64,000 nucleotides of DNA from Chrysemys picta bellii (taxonomy: Eukaryota), in assembly GCF_011386835.1 (NCBI RefSeq), contig NC_088796.1:22196001-22260000 (forward strand), read 5' to 3'. Numbering within the stretch: the stretch's first letter is position 1; each line of letters starts with the position of its first letter. Positions 38,312-48,080 of the stretch are shown piece by piece. Under the pieces are notes generated by a model. The model searched no databases. It had not been told where the DNA came from and saw only the letters and a program-made list of their open reading frames with translations. The position numbers and the translations under genes were made by a program.

Positions 38312-39033
38312 TGTTGTCAGTAGCTACCGGTGTGGTGCTCTGCTCTTGTTCGATGATGATAACAGTCGGCTGCGTGCGTGTTCCCTCTGTGTGCTGCCCC
38401 GGCTCTGCGCAGATAGCTGACACAGCAGACCCCGAGAGAACCCCCAAAGACCACAGACTCTAGTAAGGTACGAAGGAACCCGAGCCAGGTTTATTGTCAA
38501 ACGAAGCACAGTAATAGTTTCCCATAGACTCTACAAGACATACTACGAATTTGTGCCCCCTGGCAATGGACACAGCTCAGTCAGTGGCGGGACACTCCAC
38601 TGCCCCCTAGGCTGGACAAAGATGCACACTCCGGGACCTACTTTTATACAGTTACAGGACAGATTACTCATCCCTACTGACGTATTGAGGTACAGCCCCT
38701 TGACTCCTCCTTTGATCATGTTGTTTCAAACAGATAGATCTATCCATCATGCTGTCCTTTTGACCCTGTCTTTAAGATGCACCTGCCTGTTCCTTGTTAT
38801 CTCTGTGGAGGGTCCTAATACCATCTTGGCACAAGTTCCTCTTATTAGCACTTATGTGGGATGCACCTGCTTCTAGCAGCCCTCTTCTCGCCAACTTCTG
38901 TGAGTGGGGCCTGCCTCTGGCTCACAGCCCAGCTTTTGCTTAGCAATGCCTGGAAGTACTTTGGTTCAGGCTTTAGGCCTCAGACTGGGCCTCTGACACA
39001 AGAGTTTATGTTTCAGGGCCTCATCTTACTACA
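38312..39033 (-). mobile_element. Solo LTR (722 bp)
   Basis: TGT...ACA ends with perfect 5-bp TSD AACAT. On the minus strand, TATAAAA at 38648-38642 and AATAAA at 38495-38490. Confidence 0.85.
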
Positions 39034-39334
39034 AACATCATATAATAATTGTCTCTCACTTGAAAATACTATGCAGGACTTACTTGATTGTGAGGTTAGG
39101 TGTTGTTTGTTTTCAAAAAAGAGGACAACTCCAACAAGTATTCATACGTTTCCTAAATTGCCCTCCGATGTTCTCTGGTATGACTGTGGCATTACATTAA
39201 ATTACAGGCTAAGCCTCCTTAACTTGGAAATAACTATATTTACAGAACTATAATCCTAACCACTGCCACATTCTCATGGGAACAGAGCTATTCTATCTTA
39301 CGATAAATTGGGTGCAGGGTGTCCCATTTAACAT

Positions 39335-39455
39335 CCGAAGAAGTGGGCTGTAGTCTACGAAAGCTTATACTCTAATAAATTTGTTAGTCTCTAAGGTGCC
39401 ACAAGTACTCCTGTTCTTTTTGCGGATACAGACTAACACGGCTGCTACTCTGAAA
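39335..39455. mobile_element. Short Penelope-like insertion
   Basis: CCGAAGAAGTGGGCTGTAGTCTACGAAAGCTTAT...GGTGCCACAAGTACTCC...CTACTCTGAAA, flanked by direct repeat CCATTTAACAT. Confidence 0.75.
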
Positions 39456-40772
39456 CCATTTAACATTGTTTCTTAGAGGAACATACAGTTGGTCACCACA
39501 GGTCACAGTGATAAACTCCATTCAATCATGTACCAGATTGCTACTGAGCACGAGAATAATATAGGTCACCACTGTATGACATGAAAATGAGCAAAGCAAA
39601 CTATCCACAAAAATACCTATAAGTGGTGAAAAAAGTTTACTGGGTGGTCAGGTCTACTGCTAGGGCTAAACCAAGATGTACAAAGTGAATGACTTATCAA
39701 ATACAAGCCAAGTAACACACATGTACCCTGAAGCAGTGAAGGAACTTTGCTAATACCGTTCTAATTTGGCATACCAATAAAATTATTAGGGGTTTAAAGG
39801 GGTTTAGCAGATTAAATATGCCAAATGCAAGTATCTGAGAGGGTGGAGACATTATAATAATTAAGGGCCAGTCTTGCCTTCCTTGTGCTGCTCAGATTCT
39901 CATTGATTTCAGGTGGAGCTCTGGGTGGCTGAGAAACGCAAGATCAAGCCCTGTATCGTATTATATGCTTAGCAATGGCCAGAACTTATTGTGTATGGAT
40001 ACGAAAGCTTATTATTGGTACATGCTACTTTATTTATTGTTAAAAAAAATAAAAGTCAGGCTTAAAAATACTGGCCATGCTGAAGCATCAACTGCTATTC
40101 AAATCTGTTCCTCTATTCTCTTATGGAAATAAATAAAAGCACCATCTAAAAATAAATACAAATCAAACTAAGCCAAAGGGCCAAACTCTACACATAGTAG
40201 AAGAAAAAAAATACATCTAGTCCTGTACAAGGTCACTACAATCACAAGTGAATAATATCAAAATATTCTCCTTGGCTTGGCCCTGATTTTGGCTCATCTT
40301 TAGTCATAAGCTCACAATCAAGCCACACCTTAACTCAAGCCTCCATTGGCTTGCTCAGTATTAGTAGGTGTATCCTGCCAGTGCACTACAAAGGAAACAC
40401 ATTAGCATTAACTCGAGAATATTCATGTATTTTAAATTCTTCTGAGGGTAGCCTCGCGGATTGGCTGGTAGCATAAGCTACTACCATAGTGACGCCTCTT
40501 GCTTCTCCATCTCAAGTTAGGGGTCAAAGCATGCACCACATTGGTACCACTTGCTATTACTGATCAGTGGTAAAGTCTGATAGGGATGACAGCCTCCTCT
40601 GCAAGGTAGGATGAGTGTGGTGATGCAGCACAGGACAGATGTTCTCTAAATGGAAAAGCAGAGCCCAGAAATGGGGACGCTAACCAGCTATTCAGACTTA
40701 TGCTCATTGCCTAGGGCCAAATGCTACACCGGAATGGGAGTAAATGGGAGAGGTTGCGATGAGGGGCTCTTC

Positions 40773-40896
40773 TAGGGTGACCAGACAGCAAGTGTGAAAA
40801 ATCAGGACAGAAGGTGGGGGGTAATAGGCTTCTATATAAGAAAAAGCCTCAAATATCGGGACTGTCCCTATAAAATCGGGACATCTGGTCACCCTA
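40773..40896. mobile_element. hAT-Blackjack MITE (124 bp)
   Basis: TAGGGTGACCAGA ... TCTGGTCACCCTA with perfect 8-bp TSD GGCTCTTC. Confidence 0.93.
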
Positions 40897-41764
40897 GGCT
40901 CTTCTTCCCCTCACAATCCTGAAGGTTGGCAAGAGATGACTGTACACCACTTCCACTGCTACAGTGTTGCAAATTCTAACAACATTAGGTAATTTACTTA
41001 GAGCCCCAGCTCCCGGAGACAAGTGATTACATGGGAATTACAGCATTAATTAAAAAAACAAAAACAAACAAAAGGACATCCTAGCTAGAGCTTTTTCCAG
41101 CCTGTGAAAAACATTGAAAGTTTGAAAAACAAAATTCTTCCCACATCAGGATGAAATGTCCAAATTTCAAATATTTCCACACAATAAAATTCTGAAAATA
41201 AATTCATTTTAATTTGATAAATTAAAAAATTTTCATTTCAATTTCAACCCTTTCTATTTTTTTAATTTAATATCAAATACATTTCAAAACAAAAAAAATC
41301 AAACCTTTTCATTCCAAAAATGTCAAACGAGACATTTTTAAATGAATTTTTTTCGATTTTGTTTCTAAACAAAATGTTGTCAAAATCAGTGCAATGTTAT
41401 GAAAAATTTTAATTTTTTTCAAAATGGCATTTCCTTACAGAAAACAGTGAAAATACTCATGTAGTGGACAAAAGCTTGAAAACATGACCCAAGTGAGCCC
41501 TAAAGACTCAGAAACTGGAAGGCAAGCAAAAACAACCCAAAAGTTACTTTAAAATAAAACCTCCTGATTTTAAAGGCAATCTCATTACCTTTTCAGCTTG
41601 ATTCATTGCAATTTTTTAAAGCTTGGGGTAGGCAATACTATTACTACAGACATGGACTGTGACGCTGCTGATATCCAGGCAAAGTCTTGCCCCACTACAC
41701 ACAGAGCAGAACGACATTGCTATTGCCGCATTTGGGACCCCTCGAGTGTGGGAGAATTTTACAA

Positions 41765-42590
41765 ATCGGAGGATTCCTAGACAAATTGGAGGATTGGGAC
41801 AAAAGAAATCTGATGAGGTTCAACTAGGACAAGTGCGGAGTCCTGCACTTAGGAAGGAAGAATCCCATTCACTGCTAAAGGCTGGGGACCAACTGGCTAA
41901 GCGGCAGTTCTGCAGAAAAGGACCTGGGGATTCCAGTGGAGAAGCTGGATATGAGTCAACAGTGTGTCCTTGTTGCCAAAAAGGCTAACAACATATTTGG
42001 CTTCATTAGTAGAAGCATTGCCATCAGATCAAGGGAAGTGATTATTCCCCTCTATTCGGCACTGGTGAGGTCACATCTGGAGTATTGCATCCAGTTTTGG
42101 GCCCCCCACTACAGAAAGGATGTGGACAAATTGGAGAGAGTCCAGCAGAGGGCAACAAAAATGATTAGGAGACTGGGGAACATGACTTACGAGGAGAGGC
42201 TGAGGGAATTGGGCTTATTTAGTCTGCAGAAAAGAAGAGAAGGGGGATTTGATAGCAGCCTTCAACTACCTGAAGGGGGGGGTCCAAAGGGGATGGAGCT
42301 AGGCTGTTCTCAGAGGCGGTAGATGACTGAACAAGGAGCAATGGTCTCAAGTTGCAGTGGGGGAGATCTAGGTTGGATATTAGGAAAACCTATTTCACTA
42401 GGAGGGTGCTGAAGCACTGGAATGGGTTACCTAGGGAGGTGGTGGACTCTCCATCCTTAGAGGTTTTTAAGGCCCGGATTGACAAAGCCCTGGCTGGGAT
42501 GATTTAGTTGGGATTGGTCTTGCTTTGAGCAGGGGGTTGGACTAGATGACCTCCTGAGGTCTCTTCCAACCCTAATCTTCTATGATTCTA
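41765..42590 (+). mobile_element. CR1 LINE 3' fragment (ATTCTATG-type tail)
   Basis: ORF 41936-42322 SREVIIPLYSALVRSHLEYCIQFWAPHYRKDVDKLERVQQRATKMIR; ends TTCTATGATTCTA. Confidence 0.94.
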
Positions 42591-43085
42591 CCTTCAGCGA
42601 GGGCAAACACACCTCAGTAAATGGACCTCACACTGCTCATTCTGCTCCTTCAATCTTCAAACTCTCCACAGTCAGGGGTTGCTCTCTCAATAAGGCTGTC
42701 TCATCTATCTGAAAACTCTGCCTCTGAACCACTGACACTTTAAATCCCATTCAGCAGCCTTCCTTTTCTTCTCTGCTTATTACCATCTTTCTGTAAAATG
42801 TTTTGGGGTATTGTGTGTTAAGGAATTGTATGCAATAATGGGCTCTATTGTACCTTTAAAAGGCAAAGCCATGGGGATGGGAGGAAGGAAGACAGGAGAT
42901 TCAGCAATGGGTTGGGGCAGGGACCAGTGAAGAAAAAAGGACTGAGTCATGGCACCATCCAACCCTTTCTAGAGTGTGTGATGACATACTAATGCTTTCT
43001 GGGGACAGCAGTGACTGGACCGTGACTTCCCTTTGGCTGGTCATCTACATTGGTATATTCTGTAACCCCAGATGTAGTTATGGGT

Positions 43086-44445
43086 TCATAGATTCATCAG
43101 TTCCAAGGCCGGAAGGGACCATTGTGTCATCTAGTCTGACCTTCTGCATAACACAGGCTGAAGAACTTCCCCAAAATAATTCCTAGAGCAGATCTTTTAG
43201 AAAAACATCCAATCTTGATTTTAAAATGGTCAGTGATGGAGAATCCATCACAGCCCCTGGTAAATTATTCCAATGGTTAATTACTCTCACTATTAAATAT
43301 TTACACTTTATTTCCAGTCTGCAATTGTTTAGTTTCAACTTCCAGCCACTGGATCATGTTAAACCTTTCTCTGCTAAATTGAAGAGCCCATTATTAAATA
43401 TTTGTTCCCATGTAGATATTTATCAACTATAATCAAGTCATCCCTTAATCTTCTGTGTATTAAGCTAAATAGATTGAGGTCTTTGAGTCCGTCACTATAA
43501 GGCACGTTTTCTAATCCTGTAGTCATTCTCCTTCTCTAAACGCTCTCCAAATAAACATCCTTCTTGAATTGTGAGCACCAGAACTGGGCACAGTATTCCA
43601 GCAGTGGTCACATCAGTATCAAACCTCTTTGCTCCTACTCAAGATCCCCTTGTTTATGCATCCCAGGATCTATAGGCTCTTCTAGCCACAGCTTCACACG
43701 GGGAACTTATGATCAGTTGATTATCCATCACAACCCCCAAATCTTTTTCAGTCACTGCTTCCCAGCATAGAATCCCCCATCCTATAAATATGACCTACAT
43801 TCTTTGTTCCTAGATGTACACATTTACATTTATCCATATTCAAACACACATTGTTTGCTTGCCACAGGCACCGACTTTTCAAAGTGCCGGGGGGGGGGGG
43901 GGCATCCCTGGCTCTGCCCTAAGCCCCACCCCCATTCCACTCCTTCCCCCAAGGCCCCGCCCCCACCTAGTTCTACCCCCTCCCCATAGCACGCTGTGTT
44001 CTCGCTCCTCCCCACTCCCGCCCAGAGCCTCCTGCCTGCCATGAAACAGCTGATTGCGGCAGGCAGCAGGTGCTGATCTGTGGGGCCCGCCGACGGGCGG
44101 GAGGCACGGGTGGGGGGTGGGGCTGAGCTGATAAGGGGGTTGCCGGTGGGTGCTCAGCACCCACCATTTTTTCCCCGTGGGTGCTCCAGCCCCAGACCAC
44201 CCACTGAGTCGGCGCCTATGTTGCTTGCTCCCAGTTCACCTATTAATCCAAATCTCTCTCAATCAGTAGTCTATCTTCTTCATTATTTATCACTCCCCCA
44301 ATTTTTGTGGCATCTGCAAACTTTATCAGTGATAGTTTTCTTCCAGGTCACTGATAAAAATGTTAAACAGCGTAAGGCCAAAACCGTTCCCTGAGGGATC
44401 CCACTGGAAACACATCCACTAGTGACAATTCCCCATTTACAGTTA
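43086..44445 (-). mobile_element. CR1-like LINE 3' fragment interrupted by a hAT MITE
   Basis: TCATAGATTCAT tail; CACCAGAACTGGGCACAGTATTCCAG (antisense of LEYCAQFW); CATCTGCAAAC (FADD antisense) near 44310. Confidence 0.85.
43863..44220. mobile_element. GC-rich hAT-type MITE (CATAGGCGCCGACT TIR family)
   Basis: CACAGGCACCGACT ... AGTCGGCGCCTATG with perfect 8-bp TSD TTGCTTGC. Confidence 0.9.
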
Positions 44446-45939
44446 GAGTGGAGGCAGAACCTATGTGCACTGCAAAGCTACATTTTCAAACCACCTATAT
44501 TTATACTAAATAAAAGGCATTGTGAAAAGAAAAACAATCTGGCACCAAAAGAGGTTTTTAAAAACTCCCCTTTGTCTTCTATCATTTATGGATTTCTTTA
44601 ATGCCTTTCACTAGCACTAAAGTGCTTTCACCATATCGCATGCTCCCTATATGTAATAGCAGATCACTTAGCACACACACACCAATGCAGTTACTTCTGG
44701 AAGTGGCTGTGTAGAGGGAAGTGCCTCTCATAGGCTAAACATCTTGTCTGAGAGAGACTAATTACTCAGAGAACATTGGTAATTAGATATTCATTTGCTT
44801 GCTGGTTATGTCTTTGTCAAAGGCTCTGGATACATTTATAGAAGTTAGAAACAATTCTAGTTTTGACAATTTCTTGCAGACAACTGGATATAAAAAGGAC
44901 ATTCCTCAAATTTACAAACATATAATAAAAAGTGGAAACTCAGTGACAGTATCTCTGATCAATAACTACGGGAAGGCCATCCTTAAAGACATAACATCCT
45001 TTCCATCAACTTATCTCAGGCAAAGGTCCTGAGTAAATAGATGGATTTATGAACCATACCCCAAAGGTTAAACTCAGGCTCTTTCAGATCAACAGGGAAA
45101 GTGAGTTCCACAGTCCAAGACCACTCCACTGAGAACATCTGGCCAGCACGCCCCAAACATTCAAATCTAGGGGCTGCTAACTAGGGCATGTTGGCTAATT
45201 TTAAATGTAGCCCTAGTTAGTGCATGGCAAGAGGACGTGTCGGTTATGCAAATCATGCAGGGTTTCACAGATCAATATCATTCCCTTGAATTGCACTCCT
45301 GTGGAATATGAAACCATTCACTTCTAAGACATATGCTATAGCCTGGCACAGATGAAAACCAGCAATGATCGAAAGCCATAATAATATGATGGTGTTTTCA
45401 GTGGGTTCATAATAGACAAGTATCTATCTAAAAAAAAATGTTTGTCACTATTGGTTCCTTTGTTGGTAGTCACAGCAGAGAGGTCAACTATGAAATGGAC
45501 CCAGGGATTGAATTATCCCCTCACGCCTGTAGGTTGTTCACTCAAGGTTAAGATTAAGACAAATCCTACCAGAACAATGTGATTGGAAGCCTGTACTGCT
45601 ACTTCCCATGCTGTACCTTTCTGTGGAGGGAGAGCGGCTATAATTTAGCAAATGTTGCTAGTACAGAGGGGGTTACCTGTTACAGACCCTAATTCAACGT
45701 CACCACAGCCTCCCATTCACTCTACAGAGCGACTTCCCTGAGTCTAAGCGCTAAGCAGACAGCTGCTGAAAGACTTTGCAAGGGAACATGACAGAGCCAA
45801 TCAAACGTTAAACATTTCTTTCTGGCTGACTTTAGATACAACTTTTATAAACAACATGCAACCGTTAAACCAGCTATTCATCTTCTCGATAGGACTGTCA
45901 TGAATGTTTACATGTGTACTACTATCAGCGCCCCATAGC

Positions 45940-47137
45940 CTACAAACTCCAAATACACACTCTTACACACACACACAAAATACACACTCTCACTGTCACC
46001 ACACACTCGCTGATCACAACAGTCACGCAAGTGCCATAACACCACATCCATCATAACACACATGGAGAGACTGTCAGGCATTCTCATACAGACAGGGACC
46101 CACTCATAGGACTGAGCCAAGTCTGGGAACTTCACTACACAATATCTGGTGCCACACCAGCAACTGTGGCCACTCTGCCTGGACAACAGTCCTCGGGAGA
46201 CTGTGTGTGTTTGATGACGACACTACGACAATACAACAACCACACAAGTGCCATAATACACCAATCACAACACACAAAGACAAGCACACACTATCACAAC
46301 ACAACCCCCTGCCACACAAGAGTCATACACGCCTACTAGAGGCAGCAGTCACACTGTGTAACAAGCACACACTCTCACAACACAGTAACTACAGAATACA
46401 ACACACAAGTGTCACACACACAAGAAGATGGTCTTATATTCTCATACCAACAAGCACACACCAGCTATCACAACACAATGCACTTCCCCACAAACAAAGG
46501 AGGCGGCAGTCTCATTCTGGTAACAAGTACACACACTCTCATAACACAGTGACCATACCATACAAGGCACGGTGTCACACACTCAGGAGGTGGCAATCCC
46601 ACATGCTGGTACCATACACACACACACACACAGAAGGAGGCAATCCCGGTAACACACACACACACAAGGGCAGTCCCGGTAACACACACACACGGAGGTG
46701 GCAGTCCCACGTGCTGGTAATACACACACATGCCGTGCTGGTAACGGCACACAGAGGAGAAGGAGGCAGCAGTCCCGGTAACACACACACACACACACAC
46801 ACGGAGGCGGCAGTCCCACGTGCTGGTAGCACACACACATGCCGTGTTGGTAACGGCACACAGAGGAGAAGGAGGCAGCAGTCCCGGTAACACACACACA
46901 CACACACACGGAGGCGGCAGTCCCACGTGCTGGTAGCACACACACACACAGAAAGGGGCAATCCCGGTAACACACACACACACACAGAAAGGGGCAATCC
47001 CGGTAACAAACACACACGGAGGCAGCAGTCCCACTTGCCGGTAACACACACACACACACACACACAGAAGGGGGAAGTCCCGGTAACACACACACACAGA
47101 GAGAGAGAAGGGGGCAGTCAGGGTAACACACACACAC
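45940..47137. repeat. Compound (CA)n-punctuated minisatellite at the start of CCBE1 intron 2
   Basis: Homogeneous 46570-47137 with units like GGCAGTCCCGGTAAC(AC)n and GTCCCACGTGCTGGTA. Degenerate CA-rich tail to ~45940. Confidence 0.9.
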
Positions 47138-47166
47138 GCCCGCGGCCCCGGCCCCGCCTCGCTCAC

Positions 47167-47247
47167 CTGAAGCAGGTGGCCAGCTCGCCGCTGGGTTTCA
47201 GGCACGGGTACCGGCTGGTGGCGATCTTGTTCTCGGAACAAACCTCC
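47167..47247 (-). CDS. CCBE1: CCBE1 coding exon 2 (N-terminal Cys-containing region)
   Basis: Acceptor TTCTCCCGCAG|G at 47248 and donor AG|GTGAGC at 47166. 81 nt, phase 2-2, encoding (R)[26 protein letters not shown](R), similar to human [28 protein letters not shown] (recalled). Confidence 0.96.
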
Positions 47248-47399
47248 CTGCGGGAGAAGCCGGAGAGAAGAGGCGGCTTTAGCCAGAGCCCGAGGGGGGC
47301 CGGGCGGGGGCGCCCCGGACTGGGGCTGCCAGGTGCAGCCCGGGGCTCACGCGGCGCGGGCTGGGAGCCGGCCCCGGCGGGGCGAAGCAGGGGACCCAC
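47248..47399 (-). other. CCBE1: CCBE1 intron 1 (152 nt, very GC-rich)
   Basis: GT...AG ends. Branch-point-like CTAAA at ~47278-47282 followed by a pyrimidine tract. Joining the exons restores the frame (AG+G = Arg). Confidence 0.93.
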
Positions 47400-47530
47400 C
47401 TGTCGCGCTCCTCGGGCTCCTCCCGGTAGGTCCAGGTGTGCCCCAGAGCCAGGAGCAGGAGCAGGGCAGCCAGGCTCCGGGGCAGCAGCCGACGCCGCCC
47501 AGCCCCTCCTGGGCCGCCCTGCAGCACCAT
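47400..47530 (-). CDS. CCBE1: CCBE1 coding exon 1 (signal peptide and N-terminus)
   Basis: ATG at 47530 gives [43 protein letters not shown]+AG, ending at GT donor AG|GTGGGT (47399). The [18 protein letters not shown] string matches vertebrate CCBE1 as I recall it. Length 131 nt. Confidence 0.96.
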
Positions 47531-47639
47531 CGGGCGGCCTCTGCTTCCGCGGCTCCCTCGGCCTCCTCGGAGAGCAGCGCCGCAGCCCTTGCCTACCCCG
47601 CCTGCCGAGGAGGAGAGCGGCCCCCTGCGGCGGCACAGC

Positions 47640-48080
47640 AGTGGCCAGATGTTAGCGCGGGGGCGGCCTGGAGAGGAGCGGCCGCGGCAGCCAGATGTTC
47701 CACAGGGAGCAGGCAGCGGTACCCGGGGGCTGGGAGTCCTAGCCAGAAGCACGGGCAGTGAGGATAGTGGGAGCCAGATGTTGCAGAGGGAGCAGGCAGG
47801 GGCAGCTAGGGGACGAGGCAAAGGCTGGCGGTGTCTAGATGTTGCAGAGGCGGCAGGCGAAGTAGCTAGGGGAGCTCGGGAACCAGGCAGACGCTGCAGT
47901 AGCCAGATGTTACGGAGGGGGCAGGCAGGCGTAGGTAGGGGGGCTCGGGGATGAGGCAGACGCTGGGGTAGCCAGGTGTTGCGGAGGGGGCCGGCAGGGA
48001 TAACTAGGGGGGCTTGGGGGTCAGGCAGACGCGGGGGTAACCAGATGTTGCGGAGGAGGCAGGCAGGAGTAGCTAGGCGC
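47640..48080. repeat. Degenerate tandem repeat (outer units 61-69 bp) with CCAGATGTT core upstream of the CCBE1 ATG
   Basis: CCAGATGTT at 47645, 47691, 47774, 47903, 48041. Variants CTAGATGTT at 47835 and CCAGGTGTT at 47972. Flanks such as GGCAGGCAG and TAGCTAGGGG also recur. Confidence 0.85.

Larger units (their letters stand above)
1..47166 (-). other. CCBE1: CCBE1 intron 2 (5' 47 kb; runs off the window)
   Basis: Donor at 47166. No exon resembling the expected exon 3 (KKCCKGYKFVLGQCIPE) was seen by eye. CCBE1 intron 2 is known to be very large in mammals. Confidence 0.75.

Noticed and set aside
46570-47137. CRISPR-like array (repeat plus variable spacer)
   Set aside because: Eukaryotic intron. 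The 'spacers' are only variable (CA)n tracts and there are no cas genes.
1-47166. CCBE1 exon 3 or a nested host gene in intron 2
   Set aside because: No KKCCKGYKFVLGQCIPE-like exon or other host coding exon was found by eye. A spliced alignment could still reveal a small exon.
46207-47241. Long ORFs (227, 257, 172, 184 aa) rich in HT/CV repeats
   Set aside because: They are translations of the (CA/TG)n minisatellite with no splice context, apart from the few codons overlapping true exon 2.
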